A DNA stretch of 64,000 bases from positions 70,964 to 134,963 of the forward strand of contig CAVOFX010000002.1 in NCBI GenBank assembly GCA_963695115.1, in the 5' to 3' direction. Position numbers and translations under genes: made by a program. Positions within the stretch are counted from its first letter, which is position 1; every line of letters begins with the position of its first letter. The notes below the pieces were generated by a model, which saw only the letters and a list, made by a program, of their open reading frames with translations, ran no database searches and was not told where the DNA came from. Shown here piece by piece: positions 54,301 through 62,845 of the stretch. This DNA comes from an uncultured Microthrixaceae bacterium (GTDB taxonomy: Bacteria > Actinomycetota > Acidimicrobiia > Acidimicrobiales > CAVOFX01).

Positions 54301-54329
54301 GCTCGGGGGCCGTGGTCGTGCCCCCGAGC
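54301..54329 (+). terminator. GC-rich hairpin (10-bp perfect stem, 9-nt loop) 5 nt after the mutM stop
   Basis: GCTCGGGGGC-CGTGGTCGT-GCCCCCGAGC. Coordinates were checked against track ORF 54256..54606. No U-tract. Confidence 0.5.
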
Positions 54330-54376
54330 GGGTGGGGGTGCGCGGCCGGTGGTGCTTAGGTCGCTAGGTTCAAGGG

Positions 54377-57300
54377 GTGCACCTCAAGTCGCTGGACATC
54401 AAGGGCTTCAAGTCGTTCGCCGAGTCGGTCGTGCTGGACTTCGAGCCAGGGGTGAGCGTCATCGTCGGGCCGAACGGCTCGGGCAAGTCGAACGTGGTGG
54501 ATGCCATCGGCTGGGTGCTGGGTGCACAGGCTCCCAGCGCCGTCCGATCCAGCAAGATGGACGACGTCATCTTCGCCGGGACCCAGTCGCGCCCTGCACT
54601 GGGTAGGGCCGAGGTGGCCCTCACCATCGACAACTCCTCCGGGGTGCTCCCCATCGAGTTCACCGAGGTGACGATCGCCCGGACGCTCTTCAGGTCCGGG
54701 GACAGCGAGTACGCCCTCAACGGCGTGCCCTGTCGGCTGCTGGACATCCAGGACCTGCTGTCCGATGCCGGGGTGGGGCGCCAGCAGCACGTCATCGTGT
54801 CGCAGGGACAGATCGACGCCATCCTCAACGCGCGCTCCGAGGATCGACGGCTGGTCATCGAAGAGGCCGCGGGAGTGCTGAAGTACCGCAAGCGCAAGGA
54901 GAAGGCTGCGCGGCGGCTGGCCTCCACGGAGGGCAACCTGACCCGCCTCCAGGACCTGCTGCGCGAGGTGCGCCGCCAGCTCCGCCCGCTCGAGCGCCAG
55001 GCGGACGCCGCTCGCCGCCACGGTCAGGTGGTGTCCGAGCTCACCGGGCTCCGGATGTTCCTGGCCGGCCGCGAGATCGAGTCGCTCCGCCGGCGGCTCG
55101 AGGTCGGCCGCCAGGACCGTGCCGAGCTGAGCGGTGCCGAGCGGGAGCTGAAGGCCCGGTTGGCTCGGCTCGACGAGCAGGTCCGTTCGGCCGAGACCGA
55201 GCTCTCCTCGATGGGCGGGGACGACCTGGGCGACCTGCTCGCGACATTCGAGTCGCTGAACGAGAAGGCTCGGGGACAGCTCGCGGTCCTGGCCGAGCGG
55301 GTCAGGGGACTGGAGCACGAGAGGGGAGCCTTCGTGGGCCAGGACGTGGTCGCCACCATGGAGGCGGACGCGGTGAAGGTGCGCGAGGAGCTTGCCGTGC
55401 TCGACGAGGAGCGTGCTTCGATCGAGCCGGAGCTCATGTCGTTCGAGGCGGCGCTGGAGGAGTTCGCGTCCGAGCGAGCGTCGTTCGACGCCGAGCTGGC
55501 CGAGCAGGGCGCACAGCAGCAGCTCCCGCTCGGTGAAGGCGTGGCAGCCACCTCGGGAGCACCGGTCGGACCGGGCCCCGAGGGGCCGGTCCCCCGCCAG
55601 GAGCTGGCGGCCCGCCTGAGCGGGCTTCGCAAGGAGCGGGTGGAGGCCGAGGAGCGCCTGCACGCCTCTGACGAGCGGCGGCAGGCGGCGGAGGCGGAGG
55701 CGCAGGCGTGGCAGGCCCGGCTCGAGGCCCTCGAGCTGGCCCTGCACGAGGCGCGTTCAGGCTCCGGTGCGGATCGGCTGCGGGAGATCGAGGGCGTGGT
55801 CGGCAGGTTGGCCGATCTGTTGACGGTCGACGAGGGTTGGGATGCGGCGATCGAAGCGGCACTCGGCGAGGCCTTCAGCGCGGTCGTGGTCCGTGACGAG
55901 GCCTCCGCCGGGCGGGCGCTGCGAGCGCTCGAAGAGGGACGGGTCAGCGGCGCGGTGCTGGCGCTCGGCCTGGCACGGACGCGCCGGTCGGTGCCGCCGT
56001 TCGGAGTGCCGGTCCGGCCCCACGTGCGGGCGGACGACACGGGGCTGGAGAGGCTCCTCGACGACCTGCTCGCCGGCGCGGTGGCGGTCGAGAGCTGGGA
56101 GTCGGCGATCGAGGCAGCTCTTCGCCATCCGGAGACAATCGTGGTCGCGCCCGACGGAAGCCGTTTCGGCCCCGCGGGATGGCGGCTCGGGGCCGGGTCC
56201 ACCCAGGCCACCGCCAGCGCGCTGGACGAGGCCCGACAGCGGGCCGATGCCGCAGCGGAGGCTCGCCGTCGGGCGGCCGTGGACGCGGCGGCAGCCCGAT
56301 CGGAGGCCGAGATCGCGCGGCGGCGGGAGCTCGAGACCAGTCGTCAGCTCGGTCGGGCCTTCGACGACGCCCGGGCCGCCCTCGACGCCCGCTCGCGCGA
56401 GCTCGAGGCGCGGAGGAGCGCCCTCGAGGTGAGGCGGGCGGGGTCGGAGGAGAAGGGCCTGCTCCTCCGGAGCCGTCTTGAGGAGCTCGACCGCAAGCTC
56501 GGCGACCACGCAGAGCAGAGAGCGGTTGCCGGTGAGCGTCTGGAGGGGCTCGGACGCCGGGCACGCGCTCTCGAGGCCTTGCGCCGATTCGTCGAGGACC
56601 GCCATTCTGAGATCACCGGCGAGCTGGTCGCTCTGCGTCTGAGCCGTCGTCGCCAGTCGGAGGTGACCAAGGAGATCGTCCAGCGTCTCGAAGGCCTCCG
56701 CTCGGAGCGCACCGACGCGGAGCGGGAGCTGGGTGAGATCCGGGAGCGGTTGCAGCGGATCGAGATCGAGGAGGCCGAGTACCGACTCAGGCTGGAGACC
56801 GCCACCGATTCGCTCCGGCGGGATCTCCAGGTCGAGCCCGAGCAGGCCGTGGCCGCGGAGTGCCCGCAGCTCGCCGAGGGGGTGACCGCTGTCGCCCGGG
56901 TTCGAGAGCTGGAGCGCGAGCTCCGCATCATGGGCCCGATCAACCCCCTGGCCCTGGCCGAGTTCGAGGCGCTCCAGGAGCGCCACGACTTCCTCGTCGA
57001 GCAGCTCGACGACGTGAAGAAGACCCGCCGTGATCTGTACAAGATCATCCGTGAGATCGACCGTGAGGTCGTCGCGGTGTTCGCTGCCGCCTTCGCCGAC
57101 GTCGCCGAGAACTTCCGATACCTCTTCGAGACCCTCTTCCCGGGAGGCCAGGGCCGCCTACGGCTCACCGACCCCGACAACCTCCTCGAGACCGGCATCG
57201 AGGTGGAGGCACGACCCTCGGGCAAGAACGTGAAGAAGCTCTCGCTTCTCTCGGGCGGTGAGCGGTCGCTGACGGCCCTCGCCTTCCTGTTCGCCGTGTT

Positions 57301-57538
57301 CCGGAGCCGCCCGTCGCCGTTCTACGTGATGGACGAGGTGGAGGCAGCTCTCGACGACATCAACCTGCACCGCTTCCTCGAGCTCGTGCAGGAGTTCCGT
57401 CGTGACGCGCAGCTCATCATCGTCAGCCACCAGAAGCGGACCATGGAGGCCGCTGACTGCCTCTACGGCGTGAGCATGCAGTCGGGCGGTTCCTCGAAGG
57501 TCGTCTCAGAGAAGGTCGCCGAGGTCCAGTTCGCCTGA
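54377..57538 (+). CDS. smc: chromosome segregation protein SMC
   Basis: Track ORF of 1053 aa. The N-terminal head contains GPNGSGKSNVVDAI, followed by long coiled coils and a hinge (GVVGRLADLLTVDEGWDAAIEAALGE). The C-terminal head contains LSGGERSLTALAFLFAVF and FYVMDEVEAALD. Confidence 0.93.
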   Translation: MHLKSLDIKGFKSFAESVVLDFEPGVSVIVGPNGSGKSNVVDAIGWVLGAQAPSAVRSSKMDDVIFAGTQSRPALGRAEVALTIDNSSGVLPIEFTEVTIARTLFRSGDSEYALNGVPCRLLDIQDLLSDAGVGRQQHVIVSQGQIDAILNARSEDRRLVIEEAAGVLKYRKRKEKAARRLASTEGNLTRLQDLLREVRRQLRPLERQADAARRHGQVVSELTGLRMFLAGREIESLRRRLEVGRQDRAELSGAERELKARLARLDEQVRSAETELSSMGGDDLGDLLATFESLNEKARGQLAVLAERVRGLEHERGAFVGQDVVATMEADAVKVREELAVLDEERASIEPELMSFEAALEEFASERASFDAELAEQGAQQQLPLGEGVAATSGAPVGPGPEGPVPRQELAARLSGLRKERVEAEERLHASDERRQAAEAEAQAWQARLEALELALHEARSGSGADRLREIEGVVGRLADLLTVDEGWDAAIEAALGEAFSAVVVRDEASAGRALRALEEGRVSGAVLALGLARTRRSVPPFGVPVRPHVRADDTGLERLLDDLLAGAVAVESWESAIEAALRHPETIVVAPDGSRFGPAGWRLGAGSTQATASALDEARQRADAAAEARRRAAVDAAAARSEAEIARRRELETSRQLGRAFDDARAALDARSRELEARRSALEVRRAGSEEKGLLLRSRLEELDRKLGDHAEQRAVAGERLEGLGRRARALEALRRFVEDRHSEITGELVALRLSRRRQSEVTKEIVQRLEGLRSERTDAERELGEIRERLQRIEIEEAEYRLRLETATDSLRRDLQVEPEQAVAAECPQLAEGVTAVARVRELERELRIMGPINPLALAEFEALQERHDFLVEQLDDVKKTRRDLYKIIREIDREVVAVFAAAFADVAENFRYLFETLFPGGQGRLRLTDPDNLLETGIEVEARPSGKNVKKLSLLSGGERSLTALAFLFAVFRSRPSPFYVMDEVEAALDDINLHRFLELVQEFRRDAQLIIVSHQKRTMEAADCLYGVSMQSGGSSKVVSEKVAEVQFA

Positions 57539-57588
57539 GCTAGCGTGCCCCCCAGGTCTGCGGGTCGGGGCCGAGGCAAGGGGGCAAG

Positions 57589-57735
57589 ATGGCGAAGAAG
57601 AAGGGTCCGATCATCACAGCGCTGGCCGCAGTGGCCGGCGTCCTGCTGTTCTGGCGCCGCAAGAAGCGCAAGGGAGCAGCCGAGGGGGCCGGACGCACGG
57701 TCGAGGCGCCGGACGAGATCGCGACCGACATCTGA
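57589..57735 (+). CDS. small single-pass membrane protein (hypothetical, 48 aa)
   Basis: Own translation: MAKKKGPIITALAAVAGVLLFWRRKKRKGAAEGAGRTVEAPDEIATDI. Third-position GC is strong and a GGGGG stretch precedes the ATG. It is below the track cutoff. Confidence 0.45.
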   Translation: MAKKKGPIITALAAVAGVLLFWRRKKRKGAAEGAGRTVEAPDEIATDI

Positions 57736-57775
57736 TCGTCGGGACCGCGCGGGTTGATGGGCCGGCGGGGCCAGG

Positions 57776-58729
57776 TCAGGGAAGGCGAGAGAACCACACC
57801 AGCGAGAGGGCCGAGGCGGCGAGGAGCAGCCCGAGTCCCAGGCCCACGAACCACGTCGTGAGCTCGCGCAGCTCCTGCTCGTGGCCGACCGAGCTGCCGA
57901 CGTCCTCGTAGATCGCCCGGAGCTCCTCGCCCGTGACCGCCCGGAAGAAGGACCCACCGGTGGTCTCGGCGATGTCCTGCAGGGCCTCCTCGTCGACCGG
58001 GACCGCGACGACCTCACCCGTCGACGGATCCGTGACGGTGGCGTCCTCTGTACCGAAAGCGATCGTGGAGACGGGAACCCCCGCCCCCCTGGCCTGCTCG
58101 GCCGCGTCTTCGTTTGGAGTCCCCTGCTGCGTGTCACCGTCTGATAGCAGGACCACCGAGGCGGGGACCGGTGTCCCGTCCTCGGAGGCCGGGACGGTCT
58201 CGACTGCTGCCAGCGAGGCGACGATGGCGTCGCCGATGGCGGTGCTGTAGTCGAGCTCGAGATCGTCGATCGCCGTGGTTACGTCATCGTGTAGGAGCGT
58301 CGGGGGGACCCTTATGGTTGCGGTCCCCGCGAAGTGGACCAGTCCGAGGTTGATGCCGGGTGGGACAGCCTCGACGAAGGCCTTGGCGGCGTCCTTCGCG
58401 GCTTCGAAGCGGTTGGGGGAGACGTCGGTCGCCTCCATGGAGAGCGAGGTGTCGAGGGCGATGACCACCGTCGCCCGCTCACGCGCCACCTGCTCCTCAC
58501 GGGCCGGACGTGCCAGCGCCACCACCAGGGAGACCATGGCGAGCAGGACGATCGCGGCGGTGAGGTGCCGCCTCCATCCCGGGGCGCGTGGTGCCACCCG
58601 GGAGAGCAGGTCGACGTTGGTGAACCGCACGGCGTAGCGCCGGCGAAAGAGCTGGAGCACGACGTAGGCGACGCCCAGACCGACGACGGCCACCAGGAGG
58701 TACAGCCACTCGGGCGCGATGAAGCTCAT
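57776..58729 (-). CDS. VWA-domain membrane protein (BatA-like)
   Basis: Track ORF of 317 aa with N- and C-terminal TM helices. The MIDAS-type motif is VVIALDTSLSM. Confidence 0.85.
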   Translation of the reverse strand: MSFIAPEWLYLLVAVVGLGVAYVVLQLFRRRYAVRFTNVDLLSRVAPRAPGWRRHLTAAIVLLAMVSLVVALARPAREEQVARERATVVIALDTSLSMEATDVSPNRFEAAKDAAKAFVEAVPPGINLGLVHFAGTATIRVPPTLLHDDVTTAIDDLELDYSTAIGDAIVASLAAVETVPASEDGTPVPASVVLLSDGDTQQGTPNEDAAEQARGAGVPVSTIAFGTEDATVTDPSTGEVVAVPVDEEALQDIAETTGGSFFRAVTGEELRAIYEDVGSSVGHEQELRELTTWFVGLGLGLLLAASALSLVWFSRLP

Positions 58730-59688
58730 GATCCCGCCCTGGCGACGCGCTCGCCTCGGTTTCGTCGGAGGGCGACGAAGGCGACGAGGTCACCCAGCCA
58801 GTCGCTGTCGGTGCGCAGGAGGAGGTGATCCGCCCGGGCCGCCCGGATGGAGCGGGCCACGCGAAGCCGCTGTTCGAGAGCTGCTTCTGAATAGCGGCGA
58901 CGGAGGCGCGCGCTGTTGGACTGGATCTCGACCCGCTGGCCGGTCTCGGGGTCGACGAGCTCGAGCATCCCCACGCGCGGGAGCTCGAGCTCCCGGGGAT
59001 CCACGACCTCGACGGCCAGGACGTCGTGCCTCGCGCCGAGGGTCCGGAGCGGTCTCTCCCAGTCGTCGCCGGAGAGGAAGTCCGATATCACCACGGCCAG
59101 GCCCCGCCTCCGGGCGACCCGGCCGAGCCGGTCCACCGCCGCGCCGAGGTCGGTGGCACCGGAGCCGTCCTCGGTGGGAGCGGTGACCGCCCGATGCAGC
59201 ATCGCCTGCAGGTGCCGCCGCCCCGACCGGGCGGGGATGGTCTCCATCTCACGTCCGGCCAGGACGAGGCCGCCGACCCGGTTCCCGGCCTTCTCGGTGA
59301 GGAAGCCCACCGCCGCGACGGCAGCGATCACCAGGTCCCTCTTCTCGCAGTCGGCGGTGCCGAACGCAAGGCTCGGCGAGAGGTCGGCGAGGATCCAGCT
59401 CTCGAGCTCCCGGTCGGCCACGGTCTGGCGGATGTGCACCTGTTGTGTGCGCGCGGTCACGTTCCAGTCGATGCGCCGGACGTCGTCACCCTCCTGGTAG
59501 GGACGGGTCTCGCCCGGCTCCCATCCGTGACCGGGTACGAGGCCCAGGTACTCGCCCTGGAGGAGCCCATCGAGGCGTCGGGAGATGGTGAGCTCCAGGC
59601 GCCGCAGCACCTCGGCGCTGGAGCCGGTCGCGAGCGATGGAGGTCGCTCGCCTTCACCGGAGCCGAGCAGCAGCCGGTTGCGGGTCAT
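58726..59688 (-). CDS. DUF58-domain protein
   Basis: Track ORF of 320 aa. YQEGDDVRRIDWNVTARTQQVHIRQ is typical of DUF58. It has 4-nt overlaps with both neighbours. Confidence 0.85.
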   Translation of the reverse strand: MTRNRLLLGSGEGERPPSLATGSSAEVLRRLELTISRRLDGLLQGEYLGLVPGHGWEPGETRPYQEGDDVRRIDWNVTARTQQVHIRQTVADRELESWILADLSPSLAFGTADCEKRDLVIAAVAAVGFLTEKAGNRVGGLVLAGREMETIPARSGRRHLQAMLHRAVTAPTEDGSGATDLGAAVDRLGRVARRRGLAVVISDFLSGDDWERPLRTLGARHDVLAVEVVDPRELELPRVGMLELVDPETGQRVEIQSNSARLRRRYSEAALEQRLRVARSIRAARADHLLLRTDSDWLGDLVAFVALRRNRGERVARAGS

Positions 59689-60743
59689 GCCGGGGGCTGG
59701 AGCGAAGATGCGACTGCAGGGTCGACGGTGACGGTCGCGTGGAGGTCGAGGGCGGGGTCCTGCGAGGGCGAGATCCGGGGAGCCGGCACGGTGGCGAGGA
59801 TGCGAGACAGGACCTGGTCCTCGCCGAGGCCGCGCGCCAGGGCCTCGTAGCTGAGGATGAGACGGTGGCGGAGCACCTCGGGGGCGATGTCGAAGACGTC
59901 CTGGGGCAGCGCGAAGCTGCGGCCCCTCATCAGGGCGAGGGCCCGGCCGCCTTGGACGAGACCTATCGACGCGCGGGGACTGGCGCCGTAGGCGAGGAGC
60001 TCGGCGAGGTCGCCGAGCCCGAACCTGCCTGGCTCGCGCGTCGCCAGCACGAGGTTCACCGCGTAGTCGACGACGCCGCGGTCGACGTAGACACGATCGG
60101 CGGCCTGTTGGAGCATCCTGAGGTCCTCGACCGCCAACACCTCCGTCGGCCGGGGGGCCGCGACGCTCATGCGGTGGACGATCTCGACCTCCTCCGCGGG
60201 ACTGGGGTAGGGGAGGACGACCTTCATCAGGAACCGATCGCGCTGGGCCTCCGGGAGGGGGTAGACGCCCTCGGACTCGATCGGGTTCTGGGTCGCCAGG
60301 ACGAGGAACGGGTCCGGGAGTCGGTGATCGCGCCCGGCGAGGGAGACCTTCCGCTCCGCCATCACCTCCAGGAGGGCGCTCTGCACCTTGGCGGGTGCCC
60401 TGTTGATCTCGTCGGTGAGGACGAAGTTGGCGAACACCGGACCGAGCTCCACGTCGAAGGACTCGCTCGACTGGCGGTAGATCCGCGTGCCCACGATGTC
60501 CGCGGGGAGCATGTCGGGGGTGAACTGGAGGCGGGCGAAGGTTCCGCCCGTCACCTGGGCGAGCGTCTCGACGGCGAGGGTCTTGGCCAGGCCGGGCACG
60601 CCTTCGAGGAGGACGTGCCCTCGCGCGAGCAGCGCCACCATCATCCGCTCGAGGGCCCGATCCTGGCCCACGATGACCTTCTTGACCTCGAAGAGCGTGG
60701 CCTCGAGCAGTGCAGGTTCGGGGCCGGGTGGGATCGGCGACAT
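59685..60743 (-). CDS. MoxR-family AAA+ ATPase
   Basis: Track ORF 59685..60782 trimmed to MSPIPPGPEP. Motifs HVLLEGVPGLAKTL, FVLTDEINRAPAKVQSALLEVM and VLATQNPIE. Confidence 0.9.
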   Translation of the reverse strand: MSPIPPGPEPALLEATLFEVKKVIVGQDRALERMMVALLARGHVLLEGVPGLAKTLAVETLAQVTGGTFARLQFTPDMLPADIVGTRIYRQSSESFDVELGPVFANFVLTDEINRAPAKVQSALLEVMAERKVSLAGRDHRLPDPFLVLATQNPIESEGVYPLPEAQRDRFLMKVVLPYPSPAEEVEIVHRMSVAAPRPTEVLAVEDLRMLQQAADRVYVDRGVVDYAVNLVLATREPGRFGLGDLAELLAYGASPRASIGLVQGGRALALMRGRSFALPQDVFDIAPEVLRHRLILSYEALARGLGEDQVLSRILATVPAPRISPSQDPALDLHATVTVDPAVASSLQPPA

Positions 60744-60892
60744 CGTTCTCCTCTCGGGCCGCTGGGGCGCAGCGTGGTGCAAGTCAACCAGCCCTCACCG
60801 AAGGCAGGGCTAAAGAAGGAGGCTGCGCTGGCCGGCGCTCCGAGCGTCGCCCTTTCGTGGTGCTTTCGCTGCCCGGGAATAGCATCCCCGGA

Positions 60893-61573
60893 GTGCGGAT
60901 CCTCGTGGTCGACGACGAGGCACAGCTCGCCGATGCGGTGGCACGCGGACTGCGCCGTGACGGCTATGCCGTCGATGTCGCGTACGGAGGGGTGGAGGCT
61001 CTGGAGAAGGCGTCGATCAACTCCTACGACCTCGTCTGCCTCGATCTCACCATGCCGGATCTCGACGGCCTCGAGGTGTGCCGTCAGCTGCGCGAGGACG
61101 ACGGCCTCGTCGTGGTGCCGCGGGTGCTGATGCTCACGGCGCGCGACAGCCTCCGGGATCGGGTCGTCGGCCTCGACCAGGGGGCGGACGACTACCTGGT
61201 CAAGCCTTTCGCCTTCGAGGAGCTGGCGGCGCGCGTCAGGTCCCTCCTCCGACGGGATGCCGGGACGACCGGTGCCTTCCTGCGGGTGGGCGCTCTCGAG
61301 TTGGACGACGCGCGCCACCGGGCGTGGCGCGGAGCCCGGGAGCTGGAGCTCACCACCAAGGAGTTCTCCCTGCTCCGCTACTTCATGGCCCACCCGGGGG
61401 AGGTGCTCTCGCAGGAGCATCTGCTCGAGCACGTCTGGGACGAGCACGCCGATCCCTTCACCAACACCGTCCGCGTCACCGTAGGGACCCTCCGGCGCAA
61501 GCTCACCGAGGGTGAAGAGCCGCCCGTGATCGAGACGGTGATCGGGCGGGGTTACCGGCTGCTGGAGACATGA
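60893..61573 (+). CDS. OmpR/PhoB-family response regulator
   Basis: Track ORF 60710..61573 trimmed to the GTG (VRILVVDDEAQLADAV). Phospho-acceptor context is LVCLDLTMPDLDG. The winged-helix end is TVGTLRRKL...VIGRGYRL. Confidence 0.9.
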   Translation: MRILVVDDEAQLADAVARGLRRDGYAVDVAYGGVEALEKASINSYDLVCLDLTMPDLDGLEVCRQLREDDGLVVVPRVLMLTARDSLRDRVVGLDQGADDYLVKPFAFEELAARVRSLLRRDAGTTGAFLRVGALELDDARHRAWRGARELELTTKEFSLLRYFMAHPGEVLSQEHLLEHVWDEHADPFTNTVRVTVGTLRRKLTEGEEPPVIETVIGRGYRLLET

Positions 61574-62787
61574 AGCCCTCGGATCCCCGGCGCATCCTCG
61601 TGCCGATGTGGATGCCGGATTGGATGGGCTCGGCCCGGTTCCGGCTGACGGTGGTGTACTCGGTGATCCTCTTCGGTCTCGCCGCACTGGTCGTGGGCGG
61701 CATCTACCTCGGGCTGGCGGCCCGCCTCGACGACGAGCACGCGTACCGCCAGGTGAACGTCACCCGGGTCATACCGACGGAGACGGGCGTGGTCGTGCAG
61801 GGCGATCTCGTCCAGGCCGAGATGCGGAACTTCGAGGAGGCGGTGAACGAGGCTGCCATGGAGCAGCTGCGCAACTACTCCTTCGCGGCTCTGATCCTGC
61901 TGTTCATCGCGAGCCTGGGGGTCGGGTGGGTGGTGGCCGGTCGCGCGCTCGCCCCGATCCACCGCATCACCGCGGTGGCGCGCGACATCCAGGCCACCGA
62001 TCTCACCCGGAGGATCCAGCTCGGGGGGCCACCGGACGAGCTCCGGGAGCTGGCCGACACGTTCGACGGGATGTTGGGACGGATCGACGAGGCCTTCGAG
62101 TCGCAGCGTCGCTTCATCCACGAGGCCTCTCACGAGCTCCGCAACCCGCTCGCGGTGATCCGCACCAACCTGGATGTCACCCTCGCAGACGACGACGCCT
62201 CGGCGGAGGAGCTGCGGGAGACGGCCGAAGTCGTGCGAAGCGCGGCCGACCGGATGAGCCATCTGGTGGACGACCTGCTCGTCTACGCACGCCAGGAGGT
62301 TCCGGCCTTCGAGATGGAGCCCGTCGACGTCGCCGAGGTGGTGGCGCTCACCGGCGCCGAGTTCAGGGCACCGGCAGATGCGCGCTCCGTGCGACTCGAG
62401 ATCGGGGCGCCGGACCGGTTGTGGGTGGTGGGAGATCCGGTGGCGCTCAGGCAGTCGGTCGCCAACCTCCTCGCGAACGCCTGTCGCGTCGCCCCGGCGG
62501 GAAGCAGGATCCGGCTCGCCGCGGGCCGACACGAAGGCTGGGTCTGGCTCGCTGTCGAGGACGAGGGCCCGGGGATACCACCCGAGCTCCAGGGCACTGT
62601 GTTCCAGCGCTTCTGGCGAGGCGACGACGGAGCTGCCCCGGGCGAACGGAGGAGCGGGCTGGGCCTCACCATCGTTCGGCAGATCGTCGAGGCCCATCAC
62701 GGAGAGGTGCGCCTCGCCAGCGACGTCGGACGCGGGGCGACCTTCTCGATCTGGCTACCCGAGTCGCAGTCCCCGCCGGACCTTTAG
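61570..62787 (+). CDS. sensor histidine kinase (2 TM, HAMP, HisKA, HATPase_c)
   Basis: Track ORF of 405 aa. H-box is FIHEASHELRNPL, N-box LLANACRV, and G-boxes DEGPGIP and GLGLTIVRQIV. Its ATG overlaps the regulator's stop (ATGA). Confidence 0.9.
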   Translation: MKPSDPRRILVPMWMPDWMGSARFRLTVVYSVILFGLAALVVGGIYLGLAARLDDEHAYRQVNVTRVIPTETGVVVQGDLVQAEMRNFEEAVNEAAMEQLRNYSFAALILLFIASLGVGWVVAGRALAPIHRITAVARDIQATDLTRRIQLGGPPDELRELADTFDGMLGRIDEAFESQRRFIHEASHELRNPLAVIRTNLDVTLADDDASAEELRETAEVVRSAADRMSHLVDDLLVYARQEVPAFEMEPVDVAEVVALTGAEFRAPADARSVRLEIGAPDRLWVVGDPVALRQSVANLLANACRVAPAGSRIRLAAGRHEGWVWLAVEDEGPGIPPELQGTVFQRFWRGDDGAAPGERRSGLGLTIVRQIVEAHHGEVRLASDVGRGATFSIWLPESQSPPDL

Positions 62788-62845
62788 TCCGGCTTTCGTG
62801 CCGTTGCCGTACCCTCCGCCCCCGAGTCGAGAGGAGCCAGCCACC

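Noticed and set aside
54356-57225. Multiple 180-460-aa ORFs on both strands overlapping smc (for example 54356..55747, 55757..56986, 55024..56211)
   Set aside because: All overlap the 1053-aa SMC ORF, which has canonical head and hinge motifs. Their sequences are repetitive Arg/Ala/Ser/Pro strings.
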